DNA from: Octopus sinensis
Taxonomy: Eukaryota
Assembly (NCBI RefSeq): GCF_006345805.1
Contig: NC_043006.1
Location: 28,830,001 to 28,894,000 of the forward strand
Direction of reading: 5' to 3'
DNA length: 64,000 bases
The position numbers were made by a program, and so were the translations under genes. Of this stretch, positions 22,476 through 34,600 are shown piece after piece. The notes under the pieces were generated by a model. That model had not been told where the DNA came from. It ran no database searches and saw nothing but the letters and a program-made list of their open reading frames with translations. The first letter of the stretch is position 1. Each line of letters begins with the position of its first letter.

Positions 22476-23070
22476 GTCATTATTCAGTTTATTTCAAGAC
22501 ATCTTGCCAATAGAGAAAGAACCAGTTTCTAACCTGGATCCAAGGTTCCTTCATTGGAATTTCAACAGGGTATTTTTGTATGTATGTATGTATGTATGTA
22601 TGTATGTATGTATGTATGTATGTATGTATGTATGTATGTATGTATGTATGTATGTATGTATGTTTGTATGTATGTATGTATGTATGTATGTATGTATGTA
22701 TGTATGTATGTATGTATTGCAGATTTGTATGTTATGTATGTATGTATGTATTGCAGATTTGTATGTTATGTATGTATTCTCATGCATATAGTTGCATATC
22801 TAGACATGCTTATATATATTTAAATGATAAACTTCTGGAAAGTTTTACAGATTTTTACAGTTCCAGTGATGGATTGGATCTGTAGGCTTTGAATTAACTT
22901 TCTCCTTTCTGGTTTTGAAAAGTCGAGTTTCTCAAGATTGGTATCTAGCCAGTGTGTTACATATCCCAGGGCCCCAATAATTACAGGTATAAACTTGAAA
23001 TTGTAATCTGGATAGAGTAACTGCATATTTCTCAATAGTTCAGCATAGGTGTTCTCTTTTTCACTGGCTT
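22476..23070 (-). mobile_element. 5'-truncated RLE-type (R4/Dong-like) non-LTR retrotransposon
   Basis: KENTYAELLRNMQLLYPDYNFKFIPVIIGALG...QIQSITGTVKICKTF* resembles the C-terminus of a restriction-like endonuclease. The 3' UTR includes AATAAA and ends in (CATA)n. Confidence 0.7.
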
Positions 23071-23104
23071 ATATGTATGTTTGTATGTACGTATGTTTGT
23101 ATGC

Positions 23105-23137
<33 letters not shown>

Positions 23138-23147
23138 TGTATGTATG

Positions 23148-23446
23148 CAGGAAACAGACTGGGAGAGCAATGCCTGTCATCGCTACAGATGAAGGAAGCA
23201 GGTTAAGGAGGTGGGTCGAGACTTTTGAGAGAGCACATATTCTGCATGAAGACCTTAAGCATGCTGCTGGTAGAGAGAATGGGGAAAGCTTGGTTTGCAA
23301 TGTTTGCAGTCGTGTATGCTTGTCAAGAGCAGGGCTCATTTAGCCACCAACGGGGCTGAAAATGCAAAATATAAGTTAGTTCTAGAGCACGCAGTATTCC
23401 TGAAGGTCAGCAATGGTCTTCCTAGGTCATGAGTAGACGGCCATCA
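23148..23446 (+). mobile_element. RTE-clade LINE 3' fragment
   Basis: CNVCSRVCLSRAGLI*H is the C-terminal CCHH-type motif of RTE ORFs. The 3' end runs into (TGTA)n. Confidence 0.65.
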
Positions 23447-23656
23447 TGTATGTATGTATGTGTGTATGTATGTATGTGTGTATGTATGTACGTATGTATG
23501 TATGTGTGTATGTATGTATGTATGTATGTATGTGTGTATGTATGAATGTATGTATGTATTCATGTATATATGTAAATATGTATTTATGCATATACATATG
23601 TATGTTTATCTGTATGTATGCATGTATATATGTACATATGTATGAATGTATGTCTG

Positions 23657-23690
<34 letters not shown>

Positions 23691-24194
23691 TTTGTGTATA
23701 TATGTATGTATGTAAGCATGTATGTATGCATGTATGTATGCATGCATGTATGTATGTATGCATGCATGCTTGTCTGTATTTATGTTTGTTTTTATGCATC
23801 TGTATATGTGTTTGTGAAAGAAAGTATAAGAAGAAAAACGAAAAGAGAGACAGGGAAGTTGGAAGAGAAGAAATCTGATTTAATAGAAAAACAGTTTAGT
23901 AGCAAGTAACATATGAAAAAATGATCCAAAATATAATCACAGCTGGATAAGAATTCACTGAAACAGAACTGATTTCTGTTTTATATAGATTTTTTTAATG
24001 AATTCCTCATGAACATTACCCACCTCCTCTGTCTATTAATACTTGTTATTATTGTAATTATTTTACTATCATTACATTTTTTTCTTATTTTATCACAGAG
24101 AATTCCACAGCATCATGCCTTCTAATGATGTGTATACATTTAGTATGATACTCAGATGAGAGTATAGATGTGTGCATGCATGTGTGTGTGTGTA

Positions 24195-24362
24195 CACACG
24201 TATTTTTTCTCTCCTTGTTTTTTTCTGTGTCCCTTTCTGTAGAAGAGCGTAGGCTCGAAACATAAAAGACTTTTCCTATTCCTGAGTGTTATACTAATAC
24301 ATCTGTTTGTTTTGTACATCACCTGTCTTCGTCTTTTGTTTTTTTTCGTAAACTCTCCCTAT
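24195..24362 (+). mobile_element. Penelope-like terminal repeat fragment
   Basis: GAAGAGCGTAGGCTCGAAAC motif. An inverted copy lies at 26922-27092. Confidence 0.5.
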
Positions 24363-24654
24363 ATATATAGTTGTTTGTATCTAGGGAGAGACATAGTGCC
24401 TTAATATAACACACTCACTGGTTCAGTTTCCACTCATTTATTTATTTATTTATTTATTCCAGAAAGCTATTTTGCTGCTGTATTTGTAACCATATCAATG
24501 GATTTTGACTCTGACCCCCCCCCCCTATTACCTTTCAGTGTCCTGCTAGCTTGGCTAGAGTGTATTCTACTTTTGGTATGTGGTTAGCAAGATTCCTTAT
24601 GTGAATTCACATAAGGAATCTTGTAAACCAGATACAAAAACAAAATACATACAT

Positions 24655-24765
24655 AGGTGCAGGAGTGGCTGTGTGGTAAGTAGCTTGCTTACCCACCACA
24701 CGGTTCCGGGTTCAGTCCCACTGCATGGTATCTTGGGCAAGTGTCTTCTACTATAGTCTCGGGCT
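24655..24765 (+). mobile_element. SINE family A head
   Basis: GCAGGAGTGGCTGTGTGGTAAGTAGCTTGCTTACC...GGTTCCGGGTTCAGTCCCACTG. Confidence 0.75.
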
Positions 24766-24823
24766 GTCATATATATATATCATCATCATCATCGTTTAAC
24801 GTTCACTTTCCATGCTAGTATGA

Positions 24824-24905
<82 letters not shown>

Positions 24906-24927
24906 TATATATATGTATATAATAATA

Positions 24928-26007
24928 TCTCTTATTATAAAAGGCAGATTTTATCTGCCTCCCTTTGTCTCTTATAGAAATCTACAATATAGGATTTCTT
25001 CAATTACAATTTACCTAGCATTTTTAAGAGTAGAATGCATCGGGTCATGCCAGGTCCAGTTTTTAAAATTTCAACCCCAATTAAGCAAAATTTAGAGAAA
25101 ACTCACATTGTGGTGTGTAAGTGAAGTGCTTTTCTTAGTGTGGGCTACAGCACACACACACGCACACACACACAAAAACGGAGCGATCTGCTTCACTCAC
25201 GCTATCACGCTAATTTCTCCTCCTTTGTCTTTGCAAGTGTGCAACGATTAAAGTGAAAGTATTTCTATAAAACGAGAGAAGTGTACCTTAAACCACTACT
25301 CAAAAAAATAAACAGTAAACAGAAACAAATAAATACATAACGATTTACTCCTCACACAATTTCTTCAATTACAGTTTACCTATGATTTTTACAAGTACTT
25401 CCATTCGGTCATGCCATACAAAATTTCTTTCAATTTCACCCCCAATTAAGACAAAATTCGAGAAAACTCAATATTTTAACATTTCACTCTGAAAGCATTG
25501 ATGTACATGTGTGCGTGCGTGTGTGTGTGTGTGTGTGTTTGATGGGATGTGCGACACAGAAAGTGTGGTGTGTAAGTGAAGTGCTTTTGTTAGTGTGTGT
25601 AAAGAGACAGAGAGAGTAATGTTGTGCTGTGTACCTAAAGCACGCACACACACACACAAGCGGAGCGCAAACTTCAAAAGAACTTTGCGCGCTATCTATC
25701 TGGTTTGCCATTCCTCACACACACACATACATATATGACAGTGACAAACACAAACGTTTCAAACAACTACATACAAACACTCAAACACACACACACGTGT
25801 GTGTTTGTTATTAGTAAAAAAGACGCCAAATACAACTCACTTCTCATTCGAACACATTTACAAAAACACACCGACGGTCGGATTGCCATAACAATACAGA
25901 AAAGGTAAATTGGTTTTTAATTTACTTTCTGTCGTTAAATTTTGGTAGTATTAATTGGCGAGCGTACTTCTGTTGTCAATTGTTGACAGAAAGAAATTGT
26001 AAGCTAA
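24928..26007 (+). mobile_element. Possible non-autonomous Helitron with internal duplications
   Basis: A|TCTCTTATTATAAAAG 5' end. About 100 bp is duplicated (about 24995-25100 vs 25360-25468). A hairpin near 25965-25990 is followed by CTAA|T. The 3' end is uncertain. Confidence 0.45.
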
Positions 26008-26135
26008 TAAGGTGTGTGTGTGTGTGTAGGAAGTGAAGGATAAAAATATTGCAAGAAGTGGACAGATGTACATATATACATCCATACATACATGTGTGTG
26101 TGTGTCTATGTATGTGTATTAATGTGTGTGTGTTA

Positions 26136-26493
26136 TCTCTATATAAAGCTGAAGTTGTCTGTGTGCGCCACGTTTGGTAACCTTCAACTAACACTATCTC
26201 CTCCGAGACCCTGCGGCGCAAGTTGACCAAAATTGAGAGTATGATAGAAGAAGGGTTGCTATTCCTTCCGTAGAACATAAAATTCAAATCGGACCATGTT
26301 AACACCAAAAATTATTTACATCAAAAAGCTGCTTTTTTCTATGAAAATCCCTATTTTTTACGATTTTTTCACTGCTGTGTCGCCACTTTTCGGTATATTT
26401 CGACCAGAAAAATGTTCACAAAATTTTTACTTTTCAAAATTACAATTCCAGCGGGTCGAAACAAACCCGAGCAACGCCGGGCGATACTGCTAG
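26136..26493 (+). mobile_element. Non-autonomous Helitron (358 bp)
   Basis: A|TC 5' end, GC-rich hairpin CCCGAGCAACGCCGGG, CTAG|T 3' end, no TSD. Confidence 0.85.
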
Positions 26494-26529
26494 TAATATA
26501 TAAAATATGCATATATACAGAGATATATG

Positions 26530-26915
26530 TACATACCTACTTGTCTTCCTGGGTCTACCTCTACCCCCGATTCTTTCAACTGTTTGGGAGTGGCACTTCT
26601 TCACACATCTCTCCTCATCCATCCATAGTACATGACCATACTAACACAAACGTCTCTTCTGCATGCCACATCCGATGCTTCTTATGTCTAACATTTTTCT
26701 CAGGGCGCTTACACTCTGTCATGCGTGCACACTGACATTACACATCCAGCGGATCATGCTTGCTTCATTTCTTTTGAGCCTATGCAGTCATGAAGTCACG
26801 GCCCATGTTTCACTGCCATGAAGCATGAGATTCGCATACATGCGTCATACAATCTACCTTTCACTCTGAGCAAGAGACCCTTTGTCGTCAGTAGGCGAAG
26901 AAGCTTTCTGAACTT
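26530..26915 (-). mobile_element. RTE LINE internal fragment
   Basis: Reverse-complement similarity to 42560-42950. Confidence 0.75.
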
Positions 26916-26921
26916 ATATAT

Positions 26922-27092
26922 ATAGACGAGAGTTTATGAAAAAAAACAAAAGACGAAGACAGGTGGTGTACAAAACAAACAGATATATTAGTATAACACT
27001 CATGAATAGAAATAGTATTTTACGCTTCGAGCCTACGCTCTTCTACAGAAAGGGACACAGAAAAAACAAGGAGAGAAAAAAAATGTTTGTAG
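26922..27092 (-). mobile_element. Penelope-like terminal repeat fragment
   Basis: Inverted copy of 24195-24362. Confidence 0.5.
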
Positions 27093-27101
27093 TGGCTAAC
27101 G

Positions 27102-27134
<33 letters not shown>

Positions 27135-27149
27135 ATATGTATATATGTA

Positions 27150-27223
<74 letters not shown>

Positions 27224-28168
27224 TAGGCAGATAGACAGATATATAGATAGATAAACAGAAAGACAGACGGGCAGATATTAAAGAGTGATCAGTCTGTATT
27301 CTTAAAACAAACCTGACAAAAAATTTCAACTTGTATCTTTATTTTAATCATTTAAAAAATAAAACATCTACATATATGCAATTAGTAGAAGAAATACACA
27401 AATATGCTTCATGAAGAAACATTTTGGATCATAATCTTACCTACATTCTATGCATGTATGTATGTATGTATGTATGTATGTGTGTATGTATGTATGTATG
27501 TATGTGTGTGTGTATGTATGTATGTATGTATGTCTCTACTTGTCTATCCATCTACCTGTTTGCCTGTCTTCATGTTTTATATACTTACAATGAAAAGGCT
27601 GACAGTGACCTCATGTAATATCTACTCAGACAAAATTTCAAAATCAATCAACAGCATCAGATGTGCTGCACTTTAACAATGGCAAGCCACTTATACAGTT
27701 TCAGAATATTTTATGACACCAACATCAGCACTGTTAGTTTTCTCTAAGATGCTAGAAACTCCTGGCTGAATAAAGATCAATAATTGTTACGCTTCCATTG
27801 AAATGTTGTGATTACAAAAGGTCTATTCTTATCTTTAGCTTTTATTATAATATTCTAAGAATGCATGAGGAACTTTACACAGCATCATTCTTTTATGATT
27901 GAATATTATTAACAGTACACATAAGCTAATTCAATTTTACATTTTAAGATAATATCCCATTGAGATATTGATACAAACCAATATTGAAATGAATAAGTGT
28001 TTATAGTTTAACAAAACAGGTTTGTAGACAAGAAATCAAACATGAATATATTATTTTTCATTTCTGCAAATAAATATATTTGTTGGCATAATATATTTTT
28101 ATTAGAAATATTTATAAAGATTTCCTTAGAGAAGCATCCCTACTTTCTGTCTCTTTACATACATACAT

Positions 28169-28212
<44 letters not shown>

Positions 28213-28351
28213 TATATATTATATATATATATATCACTTAATGTAGGATAAAATTTTTTTCGGGGAAAAAATTTTATCAATGGCCAGTTTTGTCTTCTTT
28301 TCAGCATATTTGGCATTAGAATTTTTCTTTTGCCCTTATCTTGTAATTATG

Positions 28352-28435
<84 letters not shown>

Positions 28436-28611
28436 TATATACATATATATATTTATATTTATATATACATACATATATCAACACATGCACACACATATTC
28501 ATGTATAAAAATTATATTATATATAGATAGATACATACATATATACATGCATTCAAACACATATATATGTATACACACACACACACACACACACATACAT
28601 ATATTATCTTT

Positions 28612-28860
28612 TATCTTTTACTTGTTTCTGTCATTAGACTGAGGCCATGCTAGTGCACCCTTTGAAGAATTTTAGTTGAACAAATCTACCCCAGTACTTC
28701 TTTTTAAGCCTGGTAATTATTCTATTGATCTCTTTTGCTGAACTTTCAAGTTATGTGGGTGTAAACACACCAACACCATTCTTCAAATGGTGGTATGGAG
28801 ACAAACAGACAGAAAGACACACACACACACACATATATATATATGTATGTATGTACAATA
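28612..28860 (-). mobile_element. SINE family A, 3' half
   Basis: TTTACTTGTTTCTGTCATTAGACTGAGGCCATGCT... matches the family consensus. Confidence 0.7.
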
Positions 28861-29249
28861 AATGCCTTAAGGCTGTATCATACGCGCGGACATAGAAATA
28901 ATCGGACTGATTACTCGATCGCACGGTTAAACCATTGGGAGTGAAGGACACCTAGCTTTTGTTAGGGCATCCTTCTAGGAGAAGGTAACTCAGGTAACCT
29001 GGATAACTCCGACATAAAACCTGTGGCTCAGTGGTTGCCGATGATGTTGACTTGTTCTTCTTTTCGGATTATGACTGCTGTTGCTTAGTGAGTGGGATTG
29101 ACTCAGTGCACAGCCTTTCCTCACTTTAAAAAAAATCTTCTTGCACAGGCATTGCACGATAACAACATTGATTAAGCTTTGTGCAATGGCCATACTCGAT
29201 AACGAGGGGGCAGCCACCATGTATGTATGTATGTATATGTATGTATGTA

Positions 29250-29400
29250 TGTAAGAAATTCTTTTAGTTTCTGCCTACTAAATCCACTCACAAGGATTTG
29301 GTTGACCCAAGGCTATAGTAGAAGGCACTTGCATAAGGTGCCATGCAGTGGGACTGAAGCTCAGAAACATGTGGTTAGGAAGCAAGCTTTTTACCACATA
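29250..29400 (-). mobile_element. SINE family A, 5' half
   Basis: CTACTAAATCCACTCACAAGG...AAGGTGCCATGCAGTGGGACTGAA. Confidence 0.7.
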
Positions 29401-29716
29401 CCAGATAAAGTCAATGTGTGTGTTCTGCTTGTTCACTGGTAGGCTGTGGTTTAGTGTGGTGGGGATGACTCTCTCAAAGTGCTGGGAGTTAAAATACCTG
29501 AAAACCATAGACAGGCAAGACAACTCACCCCAAATCCTATTAAGGAGCAATACATATCAATATTTTGCCATTTTTGTGACTTATCAACATCATGTACCTG
29601 AATCAAATTTGAAGTGAACTGACTTGCCAGTCAATGACAATATACAAATAGTGTAAAACCTATTTGCTGGTATGCCCCAACAATGCATATGTAAGAATAC
29701 ATTCAGTTATGAATTA

Positions 29717-30135
29717 GGATCTTTTCAGTTTGAACAGCAGTTTTTAACATAATTTCTAGGTAACTAAAAAATTTTAAACTTCGTATACTGGTAGAATGTG
29801 TTTATAAAACATCTTTTTCTCTTGGCTTTATTGAGAAAATTCTATAGTTTGTAAGATATTTATTGTTTTTTTTTTCTTCAATTTCTGCAATTTCAACCAA
29901 TCAGTGATGTCTATTGAGTTAAAAAGCATTCTGTGCCGTATGAATATGTTCCTCGTTTAAGGAACAGATTGTGTTTATTTACATTTGTGAAGGAAAAAGA
30001 ATACCCTTCCCCCCACCCCTAACCCTAACCCTAAAACAGATTGAAATGCAATAGATCGATTCTAGGGTCATAATTATGGGTGACAATTTCATATGACACC
30101 ACTAGAAAAAACTGCCGTTCAAACCGAAAAGATCC
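29717..30135 (+). mobile_element. Merlin-like MITE, copy 3 (419 bp)
   Basis: GGATC...GATCC TIRs. Perfect 8-bp TSD ATGAATTA at 29709-29716 and 30136-30143. Confidence 0.92.
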
Positions 30136-32075
30136 ATGAATTATAATAATAATAAGTTTCTAACCTTTGGGAAGCTGCTTCTTATTAGTTGAGTTAATTG
30201 GGGTGGAGTTGGAAAGAAAGATAGAGATAGTGGTGGCAAGGTGTAAAGTTGAGTACTCAAGGTGTGAGAAGATGAACAGAAGAGAAACTAGGGAAGGAGA
30301 AGAATGGAAAATGTGGGTGGATAGAGTTTGCAAGTGTGTATGGGGACATTGAGGAATGGTCAGAGATGAAATAAAGGTGGGGAGGGTGAATGTAATTTAT
30401 GGTGAACAAGGGTAGAGGATTGGTTGATGATAAATATGAGTTAGGGAGGTGGTTGGGAAAGTAGGTCATGACTGGCAGTGCAGGAAAGTAATGAGAAGTA
30501 GAATATTTCTTTTTACTATAGATACATGGTTTGAAATTTTCAGGGAGGGGACTAGTCGATTACATCGACCCCAGTGTTTCACTGGTACTTAATTTATCAA
30601 CCCTAAAAGGATGAAAGGCAAATTCGACCTTGGCAGAATTTGAACTCAGAACGTAGCAATGGGTGAAATACCGCTAAGCATTTTGCCAAGCGTGCTAACG
30701 ATTTTGCCAGTTCACTGCCCGATTGAGAAGTAGAACAATGAGAGTACAGTAGACAAAGGATGGATGAGTAAAAGGAAGATGACAGGTAGGCTGCGGGAGT
30801 GTGTAGGGAGAGTGAGAGATATTTGATGATTGAGATGAGTCAACAGGAAGCGCTTCAGGGGAGACGAAGAGAAATAATTGGTAACTTAGATGAGCGATCA
30901 ATGTAAAATGCAAGCGGAGAGGGACAATACCAAGAATGAAAGATGGATGTCAAATGAAATGATTCCAAGTTGTGGAAGAGCTAACTGGTAGTGCAAAATA
31001 GAATGATGAAACATGTAGTTTGGCTCTCATTCAAGTACAACAGAATACTATAGTAGTTAGGCTAGTGATGACAGGACCAGTGATAGTGATAGAGGGATGA
31101 TGGGAAAGGCATGATGAGAAAAATAGGGTTAGGGGCCCAACTATGCTTCCAGAACCTCAGTTGCACTGAGGTAAGTGGTCCTCTTGGGCACTGCATATTG
31201 CCAGTCACCTCCTTTGTCATCTATTCTAAGAGGCTGAAAATTATGAGATAGTCTTTCACTATTCATCCCATATCTTCCTGGGTAGATTATATTCTATGCA
31301 ACAATAAGAAATCGCCATCAGTGTTCATAGACACATTGCAATATTTAACTTGAATGGGACTTATTCAATATAATGCTAATAATTGTTTCTAATAACGCAA
31401 TATTTTGAGGAGAAGTAGTTAATTACATTTATACCCAAAATTATCAGGTACTTTATTTTATCAACCTTGGAGGGATGAAAAGCAGAGTGGATCTCAGTGA
31501 CATTTGAACTCAGAATGTATGAAGCTGGAACAAAGATAGCAAGGTATTTTATCTGATTCTCTAATGATTCTTTCCTAATTACAATAATTTTGACATAAGG
31601 CCAGAAATTTTGAAGAGAGGAGGAAGGGGGCAAGTCTATTCCGTTGACTTCAGTACTTGACTGGTACTTTATTTTACTGACCATGAAAGAATGAAAAATA
31701 AAGTCAACCTCAGCAGGGTTTGAACTCAGAGCATAAAAAGCTGGAATAAATGCCACTAATCATTTTGTCTGATGTGCTAATAATTCCACTAGCCCACCAT
31801 CCTCTCCCTAATTATAATAATAACAATAATAATCCTTTCTACTATAGGCACAAGCCCCAAAATTTGATGGGAGAGGTATAGTCAATTACATTGACCCCAA
31901 GTGTTTCACTGGTACTTACTTTATCAACCCCGAAAGGATGAAAGGTAAAGTCGACCTCAGTAGAATTTAAACTCAGAATGTAAAAATGGACGAAATGCCA
32001 CTAAGCATTTCATGCGATGTACTAACAATTCTGCCAGCTTGCCACTTTAATAATAAAAACAAAATAATAATAATG

Positions 32076-32104
<29 letters not shown>

Positions 32105-32109
<5 letters not shown>

Positions 32110-32466
32110 GCACACAAAGAGTGCAAACCTCCACCAAGGCAACACCAACATCCTCTCAATGATTAGCCAGAGATAATTTTTAAAATGAGAATATCTGAAA
32201 TAAACTCAACTTCTCTCACAAATGAGAATACTAAAAATGAATCCGACCGCTCTCAAAAATTCAGTAAAAAACAGGAAAAATAATCCAGAATCCTTGTCTG
32301 GTACTGGATCAATCCCAAAATCTTATCAGTTTGTGCCAGTCACGGGACTAGACATTCCTAAAAGTTTCATCCGAATCCATCCAATGGTTCTTGAGATATC
32401 TCGTCTATGGACAAAAAAACATGACTGAAAACAATACCTCCACCTTCGCCAAGACGGAGATGGTAA
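32105..32466 (+). mobile_element. Possible Helentron-associated (HINE/DINE-like) element
   Basis: AACAAGCACACAAAGAGTGCAAACCTCCACCAAGG 5' end and an AACAATACCTCC...GGAG..GGTAAT 3' stem-loop. Confidence 0.45.
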
Positions 32467-32887
32467 TAATAAACGTAATAATTTCTAGTGTAGGTACAAG
32501 GTTAAAAATTTTAAAGAAAGGAGTTAGTCAATTTAATTGACTCTATTACTTTATTTTATCAACTCCAGAGGAATGAAATGCAAAGTTGACTGCAGTAAGA
32601 TTTGAACTTAGGATGTAAAGAGCTAGAAAAATTACCACAAGGCATTCAGTCTGACAACTGAACCAATCCATTGCCATCTTATAATAATTTTGCACTAATT
32701 CTCTGTTACTTAGCCTGTTTGTATGACTTCCATGTGATTATGTAAGGGGGCAGGGGAGGAGATGTGGGTGGGAGGAGAGAGATGTGGAGGGTGGAGAGAG
32801 TTGGGAATGTAAAGATGGATGAAATGCTGCTAAGCATTTTGCCCAGCATGCTAAATAATAATAATATAATAATAATAATAATAATAG

Positions 32888-33442
32888 TGCCCTGATGCAG
32901 TACCAGGCTGTGGCTCTCATGGCTTCTGATCTTAACTGATTGGAAGTGTTATCCTGTACATTTTTTTGTCTTGATATAAAAGATGGGCTACAGCAAATAT
33001 TCTGCTCAATACCACAGATTTGCTTGTCAGTTGTTTGACCTTAACCAGTTGAGCATGTCCCTTCGTGGCTGATGATATGTGCATCTCTGATCATGATCAG
33101 AAGTAGTGGGGGAGCATCATAGCCATGTGTTGAGAGGGATTCTTTGGGGTTTGAATAATTCACCTCTGGAAACATAGGTGTTTCATTCAACATCCTTAAA
33201 CAACCCTTATTCAGGGACCTTTTGAGCAGGATGCGTTACTCGACTAGAAGAAAATTCTAACTGGGCCCCACCTGCAAGGTCATGTGCTGTTTATCTTGAT
33301 ATGAGATCACCATGTCGCGCACATATGGTTGTGATGCATGTGCCTAGTGTACCCTTATCAGACAGGTAGTCATGATGGGTATACTGGGCTTCATATATTT
33401 TACCCCAGTGTCACTTTGATGGCATGCACTGCTCTCTAACTC
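32888..33442 (+). mobile_element. Unclassified ~555-bp interspersed repeat D, flanked by (AAT)n
   Basis: Inverted copy at 35524-36065 and a partial copy at 35415-35508. Confidence 0.8.
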
Positions 33443-33490
<48 letters not shown>

Positions 33491-33491
<1 letters not shown>

Positions 33492-33960
33492 CAGTTCTAT
33501 ATTTAAGAGATGAGGAATTATGTACGTTATTTACAATTGAAGGATATTTGTCCTCATCTTGTTTGTTATCACAACGTTTCAGCTGATATACCCTCCAGCC
33601 TTCATCAGGTATCTTAGGGAAATTTCAGACCTGGGTTCTCACTCCAAAGGTATTTTTTGATGATATTGTTGTTGTTGTTCTTATTATTATTCAGGTCACT
33701 GCCTGGAATTAAACTCGGAATCTTGGGGTTAGTAGCCTGCACTCTTAACCACTACACCATATGCCCATGGGCTACTAACCCCAAGATTCCGAGTTCGATT
33801 CCATGCAGTGACCTAACATCGAAAAATACCTAAGGAATGAGAGCCCAGGTTCGAAATTTCCCCAAGACACCTGATGAAGGGCTGGAGGGTATATCAGCCA
33901 AAACGTGTTAACCACAAATAAGATGAGGACAAATATCCGTCAAATGTAAATAATGTAAAT
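33491..33960. mobile_element. Head-to-head inverted pair of a tRNA-headed SINE with a Penelope-like tail
   Basis: 33491-33766 (-) and about 33769-33960 (+) share GGCTACTAACCCCAAGATTCCGAGTT and CCTGATGAAGG..GAGGGTATATCAGC..AAACG. Confidence 0.75.
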
Positions 33961-34196
33961 AATAATAATAATAATAATAATTTCTTCTATAGGCACAAGG
34001 CTTGGAATTTTGTGAGAGGGGGCTTTTACATCGAGCCCAGTACTCAACTGACACATATTTTATCAGCCTCAAAAGGAGGAAAGCCAACATTGACCTGGAA
34101 TTTAAACTCAGAATATAAAGGGCCAGAAGAAAAGCCACTTAGAATTTTCTCTGGGGACTAATGATTCTGTGGCTCGCTGCCTAAATAATGATAACA

Positions 34197-34600
34197 ATCA
34201 TCATCATCATCGTCGTCGTTTAGCATCCGCTTTCCATGCTGGCATGGGTTGGACGGTGCAACTGGGGTCTGGGAAGCCAGAAGGCTGCACCAGGCCCAGT
34301 CTGATCTGGCAATGTTTCTACGGCTGGATGCCCTTCCTAACACCAACCACTCCATGAGTGTAGTGGGTGCTTTTTACATGCCACCGGCACAGGTGCCAGA
34401 CGAGGCTGGCAAACGGCCACGATCAGATGGTGCCTTTTACGTGTCACCGGCACGGAGGCCAGGCGAGGCTGGCAACGGCCACGATCGGATGGTGATTTTT
34501 ACGTGCCACCGGCACGGAAGCCAGTCGGGTCGGGGCTGGCAACAGCCACGTTCGGATGGTTCTCTTATGTGCCACTGGCATCACAGCTACAATTTCCATT
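34197..34600 (-). mobile_element. RTE-type 3' tail with ~30-bp tandem repeats and (GAT)n end
   Basis: Homologous to the 3' UTR of the LINE at 43060-43550 and to the copies at 46221, 59485, 60355 and 60945. Confidence 0.8.

Larger units (their letters stand above)
22315..23790. repeat. (TATG)n microsatellite field in four blocks
   Basis: Blocks at about 22315-22475, 22575-22750, 23070-23146 and 23447-23790. Source of the many CMYV/HTYI pseudo-ORFs. Confidence 0.95.

Noticed and set aside
22262-23909. Many long ORFs (MYVCMYVC..., HTYIHTYI...)
   Set aside because: They are translations of (TATG)n microsatellites.
27680-27770. - strand acceptor followed by the open frame PGVSSILEKTNSADVGVIKYSETV*
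   Set aside because: No recognisable homology and no partner exon, so it cannot be supported.
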